This document shows, in pieces, positions 39,689 to 51,590 of a stretch of 64,000 nt of DNA. The DNA comes from Octopus sinensis. Lineage: Eukaryota. The stretch lies in contig NC_043021.1 in the NCBI RefSeq assembly GCF_006345805.1, forward strand, positions 13,082,001-13,146,000. Direction: 5' to 3'. Below the pieces are notes generated by a model, which was not told where the DNA came from, searched no databases, and saw only the letters and a list, made by a program, of their open reading frames with translations. Made by a program: the position numbers and the translations under genes. The number at the start of each line of letters is the position of its first letter. Position 1 is the stretch's first letter.

Positions 39689-41340
39689 ACAAGAGACCAA
39701 ACAAGTCTGAAGTGTTAATTATAATAACAGCTAGTTATATACAAATAAGTTATAACACAGAAGTTGCCATGAAAAATCACTCTCAAATTACATGCCCTAC
39801 TGATCAGAGCTGACCGAGTGCTCAACAACAATAAGTTTTATTACTCCAAGTCTGCCCCCTCTACAGTATCAATTTAAACATACAAAGAGGAATTTGGAAT
39901 ATTCTCCTTTTTCTATATAATATTCAGCTTACTCCATAATCAGCTGGTTAGATCTGGCTTGATCCTCGAGGAGACAAACACACACACAAACTTGTTTTTC
40001 ATTATGAAAACAAACCCAATGAAATACAGATGCAGTGTGTGGAAACCTATTTTAATCTATAACATATAAAAACTTATTATAAACCGTAAACAAATGATCC
40101 CACCGCCCCACTAAACTCTTTGTGCAAAGCTGAAGTTAAACAAAGAAAGCTGTGTCATTGAAATATAATTTCTCTTAACTTGAAGTGTATGTATTGGCAG
40201 CAAGGACTTTCATTGTTTTCAAAATAAATTCCATTTTAAATGCCCACAATGTTATTGGTTTATTATACTGGGGAAATACAATTCATTCATATCAAACAGG
40301 AACTCTGGGTTCAACCTCAATTGGTAAAAATGTGTGTGTGCGTGTGTGTGAATGATGGTTAAGCATCATCATTTAGCATTCATTTTCCATGCTGGTGTGG
40401 GTTAGATGGTAAGCTGGAGAGTTGTATGAGGCTCCAGAAAATCTGCCTCAACAAATTCTATCTGGCCCTTGCAAGCATGGGAAAAAATGGACATTAAACA
40501 AATATATTACATTATATACACAATGCCATACTGCATGTACTTCTTTATAACTACTGACTACATTTTGACTAATTAAAAAACAGTCATCAATGTAACTGTA
40601 GAATAATTTCAGAAGATAGCTGAAGGTTTGTTGTCAATTACTAATAAGAACTTCTGTTGTCGACACAACTAAAGAGTGAAATTGCCGTGTAACAGTAATT
40701 CAAGGGACCAGTTTTGTTACACTGATAGTGCCTGAAGATGTCATGGGTACATGTGCTTGAGAAATACTCAGCCACTTAATACAATGAGTAGGTGGCTCAG
40801 TTGATCAAAGAACAGGGATGCTCACTGTAGAAAACCCGTCTTAAGATAATGCAAGCAGCTACTGAAAGTACACACCATTTGGAGACAAGATTATATTGAA
40901 GACAAGTGAAAACACCATTACAGACTATATGTACAGTGCATATGATACATTGGTGAAAACTAAACACATGCACACTATCCTGACAGAATGGAAAGAGCTG
41001 AAAGAAAAGGACAGCAAACAGGAGTCTGAAGCAGACAATTATTAACCCATTATTACAATGTTCACCATGGTACAGTTAAATAAAATAGAATCTGGAAGAC
41101 AAGTGGGGTAACAACAACAATAACAAACAGTTGTTGAGAAGCTGATGGATGAACAAAAGGCATAATTCAAGTATGCTTGCAGATTGTTATCTGATGTGTC
41201 CTTCCTGTTTCTCAAAACTGAGATTCAAAAGATTTGGCTGCTTTTAATAAGTCAGTCAACTACACAGAGGTTGATCAGATTGATATTCCCATGTTACTGC
41301 AATTTGATAGTGCTGGCTCTAGGTGGAATTTTAGAATAAA

Positions 41341-41682
41341 GTTGTGGCTGAGAAGCTTGCTTCCTAACCATTTGGTCTTGGTTCAATCCCACTACATGGC
41401 ACATTGGGTAAATGCCCTCTGCTGTAGTCCCAGGAAACCAAAGCCTTGTCAGTGGATTTGGTAGATGGAAACTGAAAGGAGTTGTGTGTGCATGTGTGTG
41501 TCCATTACTGCTTGACAACCAGTCTTGCTTTGTTTATGTTCCCACAACATAGCAGTTCAGTAAAAGAGATTACTAAAAAAGGGGAAAAAAGTACAGGGAT
41601 CAATTTAGTCAACTAAACCTTCAAGCTAGTGCCCCAGCAAAGCCACAGTCTAATGAATGAAACAAGTAAAAGAGAAAAGATA
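41341..41682 (+). mobile_element. tRNA-derived SINE family 1, diverged copy
   Basis: GTGGCTGAGAAGCTTGCTTCCTAACC head; GTGGATTTGGTAGATGGAAACTGAAAG; 3' CACAGTCTAATGAATGAAACAAGTAAAAG. Confidence 0.85.
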
Positions 41683-44600
41683 AGTGAACCTAACACAATG
41701 GAAACTGAGCTAGAAATTCAACTATTATCAAATCTAAACTGCTTCCATCATCAATGGCTTCTGCTCCCTGGTATATCTTCTCTCATGCTCACCTAGCATG
41801 TCTGCAAAGAGCATGGACATAGCTCATCTTCTGGTTAATTAAATAAAAAACACTCCAAAAAATACCACTGCTATCATGTTAGTCTTGAGTGGTTCACAAA
41901 GGTAAGTACTAACACCAGACCCTTGACTCCCTCAACAGATATATTTTAAGATCTTGAGGTTGTCAGTTGCATTAATTTCACCTGTTTAAGAGGATCTGCA
42001 AAAGGTCACGGTTTGACTAACATACAAAAACATGAATTAGGTTAGAATGTTAATTAAGAAAGGAATTTCTATTTCCATAAAACAATTAGCAAGACAACTA
42101 AAATATCATTAATTCCAGAAGACTTTTTGTTAATAAATTACTAGCTCTCTGTGAAAACAATCACAATAAGAAGAATGTCACAAATTGACACACTAATAAA
42201 ATAGAATTAAAAAAATTAAAAGATTAATAAAAACAAGACATTAATAAAACATATCCTTCATAAATTAACATTGATAAAAAAAAAAAATACTAAAAGGTTT
42301 CTTCAGAATGGAAAATATCTGAGAAAGGTTTCTGTTTCTAGTCTTAAAAAAGAAACAAAACAAGAATGGGCAGTGCTGTTAAATGTATGGAATATTGCTA
42401 ATAGAAGAAGGAGCGTACACATATGAGTGTGTATGTGTGCGTAATAGCACATCAGGAATATCAATGACGGCAACAAAACTAGCAGGAGCAGGCAGGCAGC
42501 AACAGTGTTTGGAATCAGTTGAAACGATGAATTGGCAACCATCCACTCCTTGACATTGGCATTCAAAGACTGGGTAACGCTAGTAAAACAAGCAGCTTCA
42601 TTCACAGAGTTCATTATTTTAACATGTACAAGAAATAAATTTACCAATATTGTGTTCACAACATTATTTTCAAAGTGGCTTCCATAAAATTCTCTGTTTT
42701 TCATTTGCAGCAGCAGCAGCAACAACAATAAAAATGAAAGCATTAAAAACAAACAAAAAAAAGTGATGCATTCTTAATTAGCTACATTTAGTTTCCTAGG
42801 TGCAAAAGATGATCTGGGAAATGAAGATTAAACCAACAACTGCAGTTATTGCTGATTCGGGGTCAATAACACCAGCACAAGGACACCAATATTGCAGGAA
42901 GTAAACAACTCTACTGCTGCGAGCGTGTCCCTCATATAGTTAGACCTATTAGAAACAGCAGCTAAATCTGTCTCAAATCACACTATCACTGAAGATAGGA
43001 AAAGACATGGATAATCTAGTCCTAACCCTACATGCCCCTTACACTATCACCATGGCAAGAATAATTTTGATCATAGGTCTCCTAGGATTAGAGCTGAATT
43101 GGAAGTACATAACAATAACAAATGGTGCTTTATTTTATTGACCCCTGGAAGGATGAAAGGCAGCAAAATTATCCATCCTAGCACATGAATAACTAAATAC
43201 TGTCAAGCATTTTTCTCTGATGTCCCAAGGAATACACTGTAGCATCATATTAAATATTAAGGGTCCAGTCTAATCGTTTTATCTCCATTATGATACTTGT
43301 AAGGATAGGAAAATATAATTCGAATATCAGAAGCTGACAAGTTATCGAAAAATAGATTAAAAGGTATACAGAAGAATCGGCAGAGCATCAGATAAACACC
43401 AAATAGATTGGAAAGGGACATGACAAAATATTAAATTCTGTAGGTATGGCTGTGGAGTTAAGAAGTTCAATTCTCAATCATGCAGTCCAGAGTTCAATCA
43501 CACTACTTGGCAGCTGGGAAAGATGTCTTCTACCATAGCCTCAGGCTGACTAATACCATTTAGCAGCGGGTAAGTGGAATCTATGGAAACTACACAGAAT
43601 CCCATAGACTATGTGTAAGTGTATTTTTTGCTTGAAACAATGCAAACACTGGCAGGAATCTCTTGAAATGCATTTATTTAAAGACCGTCCGTTGCTCCTG
43701 CCATTAAAAATACAGTGAACTAGTGACTGGGCTGACAGAAGCCATGAATTGTAATAAAAACTAAATGATCTTGCTTAGACATACTTTCCTTCACCCTTTC
43801 CAGGCCAATAAAATAAGGAGCAGTCTATGTACTGGGGTTGATGTAATCAAACATACCCTAGGAGTGGTATCACAGAATAACAAAACTAATAAAGCAAAGA
43901 ATGAAAAAAAAAATCTTTTATCATGGCTGCATGCTTAAGATGTTCTCTTGGCAACTACATGGTCTTGGGTTCAATCACACAAGTGTTGTCTTCTATAGCT
44001 TCTGGACAACCAATGTCATGTAAGTGAAATTGGCAAATGGAAACTGTGTAGAAGATCATTATATATGAATATGTGAGTGTTTGGATGCGTGTGCTTGTAT
44101 GCATTTGTTTTTGTTTGGCACCATTTTGAAAAAGCAGTGGTAAATATGAATTGGTAGAATAAGTACCAGACAGTAAAAAGATCATTATGAACAACTAAAA
44201 GTCTTTTAAGTAGTGCCCCAGCATGACCATAGTCTAACCAGTGAAACCAGCAAAAGAGTATGACTGAGACGCAAGAGAAAATAAAGCCTTCAGTTGATAG
44301 ATTAAAAAGTGAAAAATAAGTAGAGCTAATGGTGAAATGATTTCACTGAAATGATCCCAAAAGAGCATAAACTCTTTACTCCTTTTCTTTCTCGGTAACA
44401 AAATTCTATTAAGAAATAGGATTACTTGAACATTGTGAACAATAGTGAAATCGGAGCCTTTGAGAAAGTGGAAGTAATGACATCAATAATGGATACAGTT
44501 TCACCAGAACAATAAGTTGTACTCTTACAGTGAAAATATTTGATTGTACGATAGGAAAGAACAATTTATTATTGAGTATCAAAAAGGATCCAGTAGCAAT

Positions 44601-44699
44601 CAAAAATTTAAAACCACTGATTTTTTTTTTGCATTATCTCTATAGTTTCTTTTCAACAGTTCCAGAAAATTGACTGCTTTTGATGAAGCACTGTCTTAA

Positions 44700-44884
44700 C
44701 CCTTTAGCGTTCTGGATATTCTGTCAAACATAATGCTTATTTTATTAACACTATTTTCAATTAATCATGTATTACCTCATAGCTTTGAGATTTCAATGAT
44801 GTGATTGCATAGGACAGATCTTGCTTGTTTGAACATAAAACAAAAATATTTTGGTTGGGTATGGCTGCCTTAAATGCTAATACG
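44700..44884 (-). mobile_element. piggyBac-like MITE family B
   Basis: TTAA-CCCTTTAGCG (44696) to GCTAATACG-TTAA (44885). Confidence 0.8.
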
Positions 44885-45084
44885 TTAAAGATTATAGTTG
44901 ATTACAGTGACCCTGGCTGGAATATCTTTGCTTGTAGTTTAGTACTATTAGGAAAATGACCAGGTGCTAAACAAACGCTTTTAAGTCAATCTTAGATTGT
45001 AGAGACTGAGCTTAATTGAAGAAAACCTTTCCTTTAAAAGACATTCTAAAAAGAATATAATAATTTTTTTTGTTTTTGCATGCA

Positions 45085-45640
45085 TGTGGTTCTCTTCTCC
45101 AGAAACACATCTCAATGCCTGTAGTTCTTTGGTCAACTATGTAGAAAGAGTCATCCTCTTGGGATTAGTCTCCACCACTTCTCATATCTTCTTTCGCTTG
45201 AATTGCTCAGCACTTCTTTACTCTAACAGTCATCCGCCATACAGGACCACAGAAACTCAGTCTTCTCTCGAACAGGATTACATCTGGTTCCACTTATATT
45301 CTGGTTTTCTCTATTTGCGCTATCATTCATGCATACCAACATTACACAACCGGAGGCGTAAGTTCGCTTAATTCCTTCCAAGCTTTTGCACATCCTTCAA
45401 CACTTAATGGCCATGCTTCACTATTATACAGCACTAGGTACACAAACATCATACAATCTACAATTCACTCAAAGAGAGAGACTTAACAGAGATAATAGTT
45501 CCTTGAACTTGCTCCAAACTATTTTCAATCTGGCTAGTATACTTTCAGAACACCTTTCTCTATTACTAATTAAGTCACCTAGAGAATTGAAGCCATCAAT
45601 TACTTCTAAGGAGTTCTCCAAGAGTTTATCTCACAAGTTC
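45085..45640 (+). mobile_element. Highly degenerate CR1/L2-like reverse-transcriptase remnant
   Basis: ATTACTTCTAAGGAGTTCTCCAAGAG resembles a frameshifted 'TSGVPQG', and TTCCAAGCTTTTG resembles 'SKAFD', in the expected order; many stops and frameshifts. Confidence 0.35.
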
Positions 45641-46458
45641 TGATTAATAAGTACGGCCACATGTTTGCTACATATACAGAATCGTTAGCATGCTGGGCAA
45701 AATAATTAGCAGTAATTCTTCCATCTCTACATTCCGAGTTCAAACTCCATTGGTTGACTTTGCCTTTCATCCTTTCGGTGTCAATAAAATAAGTCCCAGT
45801 TGAGTGCTGGTGTCAATGTAATCAACTTACCCACTTCTCTGAAATTACTGGTCTTGTGCCAAAATGTAAAAGCCAAAATTGAATCAGCCCCATTTTAATT
45901 ATCTAATTAGCCAATCAAAAACAATTTTTTAAAATTGAAAATATGCCCAGTTATTACAAATAAAAACACAGAAAGTAAGATTCTATACCCTAATAATTTC
46001 ATAGATGTTTTAGGAAGTTAGCTTCAAGTTTTTACAATGTTTTTTTTCTCCATTAATTTATTAAGAAATGACTTCTTTTCAACCTAGTCATGTCAATCTC
46101 AGAAAATTTTTACAAATCTCAATCAATGACACTTGTAGAACTTGTCTATCCAGTTTTATGGCATATATACTACTTTCTTAATTCTATGGCGCAAAGAAAA
46201 AAAAAAGAAAAAATCAAGAGACAAAATTACTAATCCGAAACCAAACCAGTACTTTTCTTTTTTAAAACATGGTCTAAGAATATTTTGTGTGTCAATGCAA
46301 AGATATTAGTTCTCCTGGTTAAACTTCTTATACAGCACATCTAACAATGACGTTTTTCAATTTACGGGAGTTACAATCTGGATTTCATTCTATTGCCCCT
46401 TTTGACACCAGCTGGCTTGTGACCATCTTTCATTCAACAAGACAAATCTCCTGTTTTA

Positions 46459-47220
46459 CCCCTTAGCACTCAGATTACTCTTAAATGTAATATCTTCATC
46501 ATCATCGTTTAATGTCTGCTTTCCATGCTAGCATGGACTAGATGCTTTGACATGGAGCTGTCCAGACTCCAGCTGCCTGTTGAGGCATAGATTCTATTGC
46601 TGGATGCCCTTCCTAATGCCAATCACTTAGAGTGTACTAAGTGATTTTTACATGTCATCATCTCGGGTGCATTAATGCAGTACTGACATCGATGTGTTTA
46701 CGAAGCACCAGGATAGGTGTTTTAACACAGCCCCAGCACAGGTGCTTTTTAAATGGCACTGGTACCTGAGTGAAAGGACAAGCTTGTATGTGTGGAAGAC
46801 AGCAATTTTACTTAGCTTGACGCATCTTATCAAATACAGCAAACCACCACACCTCCCGGTCCAATGTCATTTCTTCAGTGAGGTCCAGCATCTGAAGCCC
46901 TTTTCTCTTCCCTTCATCTCATGTCTTCCTGGGTCTACCCCTTCCACAGGTACCTTCCGCAATTAGAGCTTGGCACTTCTTTATGCAGCTGTCCTCATCC
47001 ATATGCATCACATGACCAAACCAGTGCAGTCTTCTCTCTTGCACACAACATCTGATGCTTCATTTCTTAAAAATGAATCATGCATTATCTTGAAGCTTTA
47101 AGATTTCAATGATGTGATTGTGGGTGTTTATTTTTAGAATGACCCCGAAGAGTAGGTATCAAAGGCTGGATTTGGCTAGTTTGAACATAAAACAGAATAT
47201 TTTGACTGGATATGGCCAGA
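46459..47220 (-). mobile_element. piggyBac-like MITE family B split by an RTE insertion
   Basis: Left part CCCCTTAGCACTCAGATTAC (46459-46496); the right part resumes at about 47062 (AATCATGCATTATCTTG..GAACATAAAACAG..GGATATGGCC). Confidence 0.75.
46497..47061 (-). mobile_element. RTE-clade LINE 3' fragment (ORF2 C-terminus, 3'-UTR, (ATG)n tail)
   Basis: 47059->46808 translates SIRCCVQERRLHWFGHVMHMDEDSCIKKCQALIAEGTCGRGRPRKT*DEGKRKGLQMLDLTEEMTLDREVWWFAVFDKMRQAK*, with the RTE motifs RLxWFGHV and RGRPRKTW (W mutated to stop). Confidence 0.92.
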
Positions 47221-49736
47221 ATGTGGATATGGCCTAGATATGACCAGAATGAATTTCAGGTCTATCACCTATGGAGAAGCATCTATACTAAGAAAAATAA
47301 TGAATCATTACTTTTACAAATTAGCAAGTATGAAATGCATATTAAATTACTGCTTTAGTTTTCTAATTTTTTTTAATATATAGCTTTTAGAGGCCATCAG
47401 CTGCTCTGTGTAATTCCTCAATCTGATAACCAGATCAGCTTACCATCTTGAAAAGGAAAGAGGGAACATTAATATGGTCCTAGATATGTATTACTCAAGG
47501 ATAAAATACTTATAACTGGAACAGCTTAGTGGTCTACTCAATCATGGACAACCTAGGGCTAAAGACAGCTGAAACCCAAAGCACTTTTCCAATGCTATAA
47601 TAAAGTAATACAGTCATTTTATGATCATATGAATTTAGCCTGTCTGGTAAAGTCTGAATTAACCCAAATCTTCAATGGTCAACCCTTGCTAGTACCGACT
47701 GTTACCAACTCGCAGAACTAGTCAGTAGACAAGACAAGACAAAAATACCATCCCCACTTAACGGAAACCATTTACTATAGTATTCAATTCCTTCAGACTA
47801 TGTACAGATACTTTTCTGAAACAGGGTAAGAAAAGATATTTACCACAGACAAGATACAAAACAGCTTCACAACAGAGTGTTTATTTAGACAACACCAATG
47901 TATGTAATTCGTAGAAAATAATTCAAGCAATCAAAAGGAAATTAAGCTCAGGAATGTAAATAAGCTAGAGATAATTATCAAACTACTTTTCACAAAACAA
48001 AATTTAGAGAGAAGGAGAGCTACAAGATACATTTAAAAATATTTCCAACAGTCACCCCAAGCCAACCTTGCCTTCCATACGTCCTATTTATTTGCTGCTA
48101 TCCAATGTAATAACAGCTGTAAATGTTTTCTAGATACACATTTTTATGAAATTAAACAAAGAGAAAGAATGAGATGGTGCTTTAATAAACAAACCATTGC
48201 CTGTTCTCAAATAAACAAAAGCCACAATTAACAAAATAATTAAAAACAATTAAGTAAATTACACACAATGCTTGGTATGTCTATCCAATAATTATTTGAA
48301 ACGGTTTCATTATTTTCAGTTTAAAAGAATATTAAAACAATAAATAAATGCTAGACTACAAATATGATTTCAATGTTCATACTAAATTCAATTTTGCCAA
48401 AGTTTTTATCATCACCATCAATTTTTTAAAATGCTAATCGGCCTCTGAATAAAGCATTTAAATGAAACACTGCAGGAAGAAAGGCTTCATCAAAAGTCAA
48501 CCAATTTGTTGCTACCTAATTGCATCCATACACAGTTCTATATATTATAGTGCTGTAAATAACCAATAAGATATACAGCATTGATCAGTCAAAGTTATTA
48601 CTAAGCAGGTTATTGGTAACATACTTTTCTCAGAGATGATAAAATGTTTGACAATCAGAGAAAAAAAGAAAGGTCTTGCTCAAGGCCAGACACAATGCTT
48701 TTTATAGCAGGATATGACCACAAGACTCCACTTTGTCATTTAAATAACCGCTGCCAATCTCCTGGCTATTTAATTCTAATTTTGGTACAAGGCCAGCAAT
48801 TTTTTGAGAGAAAGGAATAAGTTGATTATTTGAGCCCAGTATGTGACTGGTACTTTACTGACCACACCGAAAGGATAAAAGGCAAAGTCAACCTTACAGA
48901 ATTTGAACTTGGGACTTACAGAGCCAGAAGAAATACTAAGCATTTTGCTCATCACACTAATGATTCTACCAGCTCACCATCGTTCCTTGGCTGATAACTA
49001 AAAACAATATCGCAGTCATAGTTGACGTAAGCATTACCTTGCCTAGAGATTCGGTTACAAGGCTTACATCAGAGTATAAATTCCTGATCTAGAAAACCCT
49101 GTTTCCATATCCATTCAGTTTATGTCAGTAAAATAGTATGAATACAGTGAAAAACCATAACAAACTGAGCAGAGGGCATCAACTGGAGATGCACTCAACA
49201 ATGTGTGATCTGAAGTCACAGATAAGGACCACTCAGAAGCTGGAGATGGCTTACACAGAAACTGTGCGTGTTTATTCCATTACTTTGTTATAAGATATGA
49301 TGCCTTTGTGTATGGTTTAGGAAGAAAATATCTACAAAGATTAGATTAAGTCAACTGGAGATGCACTAAATAATGCGTGATCTTCAGCTTCAGTGTGATC
49401 CCTATCAGTGACTTCAGATGGGTTGGAGAGAGATTGTGTGTTTATCACATTAGCTTATGATGCCTCCATGTAGGTTTCCAGCAGAAGGTATTTGCAAGGA
49501 ATAAAGTAACCCCACCACACTTGACATTGTACTCGATGTTTAGCAAACAACTTGTACATGCAAGTGCTACCAGTTGAAAGCTCCGCATACCAGAAGCCAA
49601 GAAGTGTATGGGGTCATCAGGAGAGAATGTGCGCCGTTTTGGGGGCCTACCTATCAACAGTATCACTGCACACTAGCCCCGCTCACTACAGCTTGTGGAA
49701 TCCACAACCCCTCCATAGGATTAGAGCAGAATCCCT

Positions 49737-49772
<36 letters not shown>

Positions 49773-49935
49773 TATATCATCATCATCGTTTAACGTCCGC
49801 CTTCTATGCTAGCATGGGTTGGACGATTTTGACTGAGGGCTGGCGAACCAGATGGCTGCACCAGGCTCCAATCTTGATCTGGCAGAGTTTCTACAGCTGG
49901 ATGCCCTTCCTAACGCCAACCACTCCGAGAGTGTA
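49773..49935 (-). mobile_element. RTE-type 3'-UTR fragment
   Basis: (CAT)n-CGTTTAACGTCCGC..ATGCTAGCATGGGTTGGACG..GCTGGATGCCCTTCCTAACGCCAACC; similar to 51333-51590. Confidence 0.85.
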
Positions 49936-50067
49936 GTCCAACCACTCCGAGAGTGTAGTCCAACCACTCCGAGAGTGTAGTCCAACCACTCCAAGAGTGT
50001 AGTCCAACCACTCCAAGAGTGTAGTCCAACCACTCCAAGAGTGTAGTCCAACCACTCCGAGAGTGGT

Positions 50068-50069
<2 letters not shown>
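49916..50069 (+). repeat. 22-bp minisatellite (6 full units plus a partial unit)
   Basis: CCAACCACTCC(G/A)AGAGTGTAGT in tandem, variant order G,G,G,A,A,A,G; no spacers. Confidence 0.97.
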
Positions 50070-50099
<30 letters not shown>

Positions 50100-50250
50100 C
50101 ATCTTTTGGCAAAATGGAAAGGAAGAATGCATTTCTTACCCTTTTTTTTCTTGACAGCACTGTTAATCTGGCTTCTACACACAGCTTCTAACACATACTA
50201 AGAGCACACAAGCAACACACAATGTTGTCATTGTCACTACGATTACTACT

Positions 50251-50288
<38 letters not shown>

Positions 50289-50608
50289 ATATATGATGGA
50301 CTCTACTGTAGAAAACGATGTATGAACATTCAGCTTTTGCCGAGTGACCTGCATAAATGATTTGTTTACAGTGATCAAATGTTTGTGCCGCACATTAACT
50401 CTCTATCAAACTGACATTGTCTGAACAGGTGCACTGTGTGTCAGTTGTTGAAATGATAGCAGAGCAACACAAGATGGAATGTTTTGCTCAAGAACACAAC
50501 GTACCACCTGGTCTAGGAATTGAAATCATGATCACCAGAGGAGTGCGACACCCTAACCACTGAGCCACAAACACAGTTACATTTATCTGACACAAAATTC
50601 AACTTTAA

Positions 50609-50819
50609 CCCTTTTGTTACTATATTTATGATGAGATGCTCTGTGTTTCTTTCAATTAATTTTAAATATAACAAAGAGTTTAGTAAAATAACTTCGTTAT
50701 CATTAAGTTAGTGTTAGGAAAATAAATTTTTACTAAGGTTTGGTAAAAAATTTTAATTCAGAACTTTTGAAAACAAGACATTTGTACTCAGAGCCAGAGG
50801 CGGTTTGGTATCAAAAGGG
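50609..50819 (+). mobile_element. piggyBac-like MITE family A
   Basis: TTAA-CCCTTTTGTTAC (50605) to GTATCAAAAGGG-TTAA (50820). Confidence 0.9.
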
Positions 50820-51332
50820 TTAAAATTCAATGTCTGTCGGACAATAAGTTACCACTTCAATTTCCCATTTATCTCCATATGTTGTTACTGCCTACACATC
50901 CTTAGCTTTAGGGCTCACACCCTTTCAACCTATGAAATCACATGACCACCTTCTGAACAAACAAACAAGAAACAATACAAATATTTTTCATCATCCCGAA
51001 GCATTGTTCATTTGGGAATGTGTGGGTGCCAACAAAGACCAACCATTTAGACTTCAATTGGAAGAGTGCCTCTTCACAAAAGACAATGAATAGAAATCCA
51101 GAACTTGGTGTAACATTTTTTAAAGACTTAATAGATTGATCAGAACAGTTAATTTAGAAACAAACAATAAAAAAAAAAGATTTCATACATTATTATTATT
51201 ATTATTTCCATCATTATAAGCATTCAGTATTGTGCTAGTATTTGTTAGATATAAGCCTACAAGCTGTTCTTTCTATAGTTTTCTTCCTATTCTCTAAAAC
51301 CGTCTCTATGCAGGTATGTTACCAGCTAGAAA

Positions 51333-51590
51333 TCATCATCATTTAACGTCCGCTTTCCATGCTAGCATGGGTTGGACGGTTCAACTGGGGTCTTGGAAGC
51401 CAGAAGGCTGCACCAGGCCCAGTCTGATCTGGCAGTGTTTCTACAGCTGGATGCCCTTCTTAACGCCAACCACTCCGTGAGTGTAGTGGGTGTCACCAGC
51501 ACAGGTGCCAGACAAGGCTGGCAAATGGCCATGATCGGATGGTGCTTTTTACGTGCCACCAGCACGGAGGCCAGTTGAGGCGGTGCTGGG
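51333..51590 (-). mobile_element. RTE-type 3'-UTR fragment
   Basis: (CAT)n-TTAACGTCCGCTTTCCATGCTAGCATGGGTTGGACG..CCAACCACTCCGTGAGTGTAGTGGGTG. Confidence 0.85.

Noticed and set aside
42303-42752. Longest ORF in the track (149 aa, hydrophobic, receptor-like appearance)
   Set aside because: It runs through (CTG)n/(TTG)n and (CA)n low-complexity tracts that create the Leu and His-Thr runs. I saw no recognisable domain or convincing splice pair; likely a chance ORF.
49399-49411. TCCCTATCAGTGA matches the first 13 nt of the bacterial tetO operator
   Set aside because: The second half of the operator is absent and the flanks are genomic; a 13-mer coincidence, not vector contamination.
49809-50194. 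Repetitive ORFs (TTLSEWLDYTLGVVGLHS..) and CRISPR-like look of the 22-bp array
   Set aside because: The ORFs are translations of a spacer-less minisatellite; no unique spacers or cas genes, and the context is eukaryotic.
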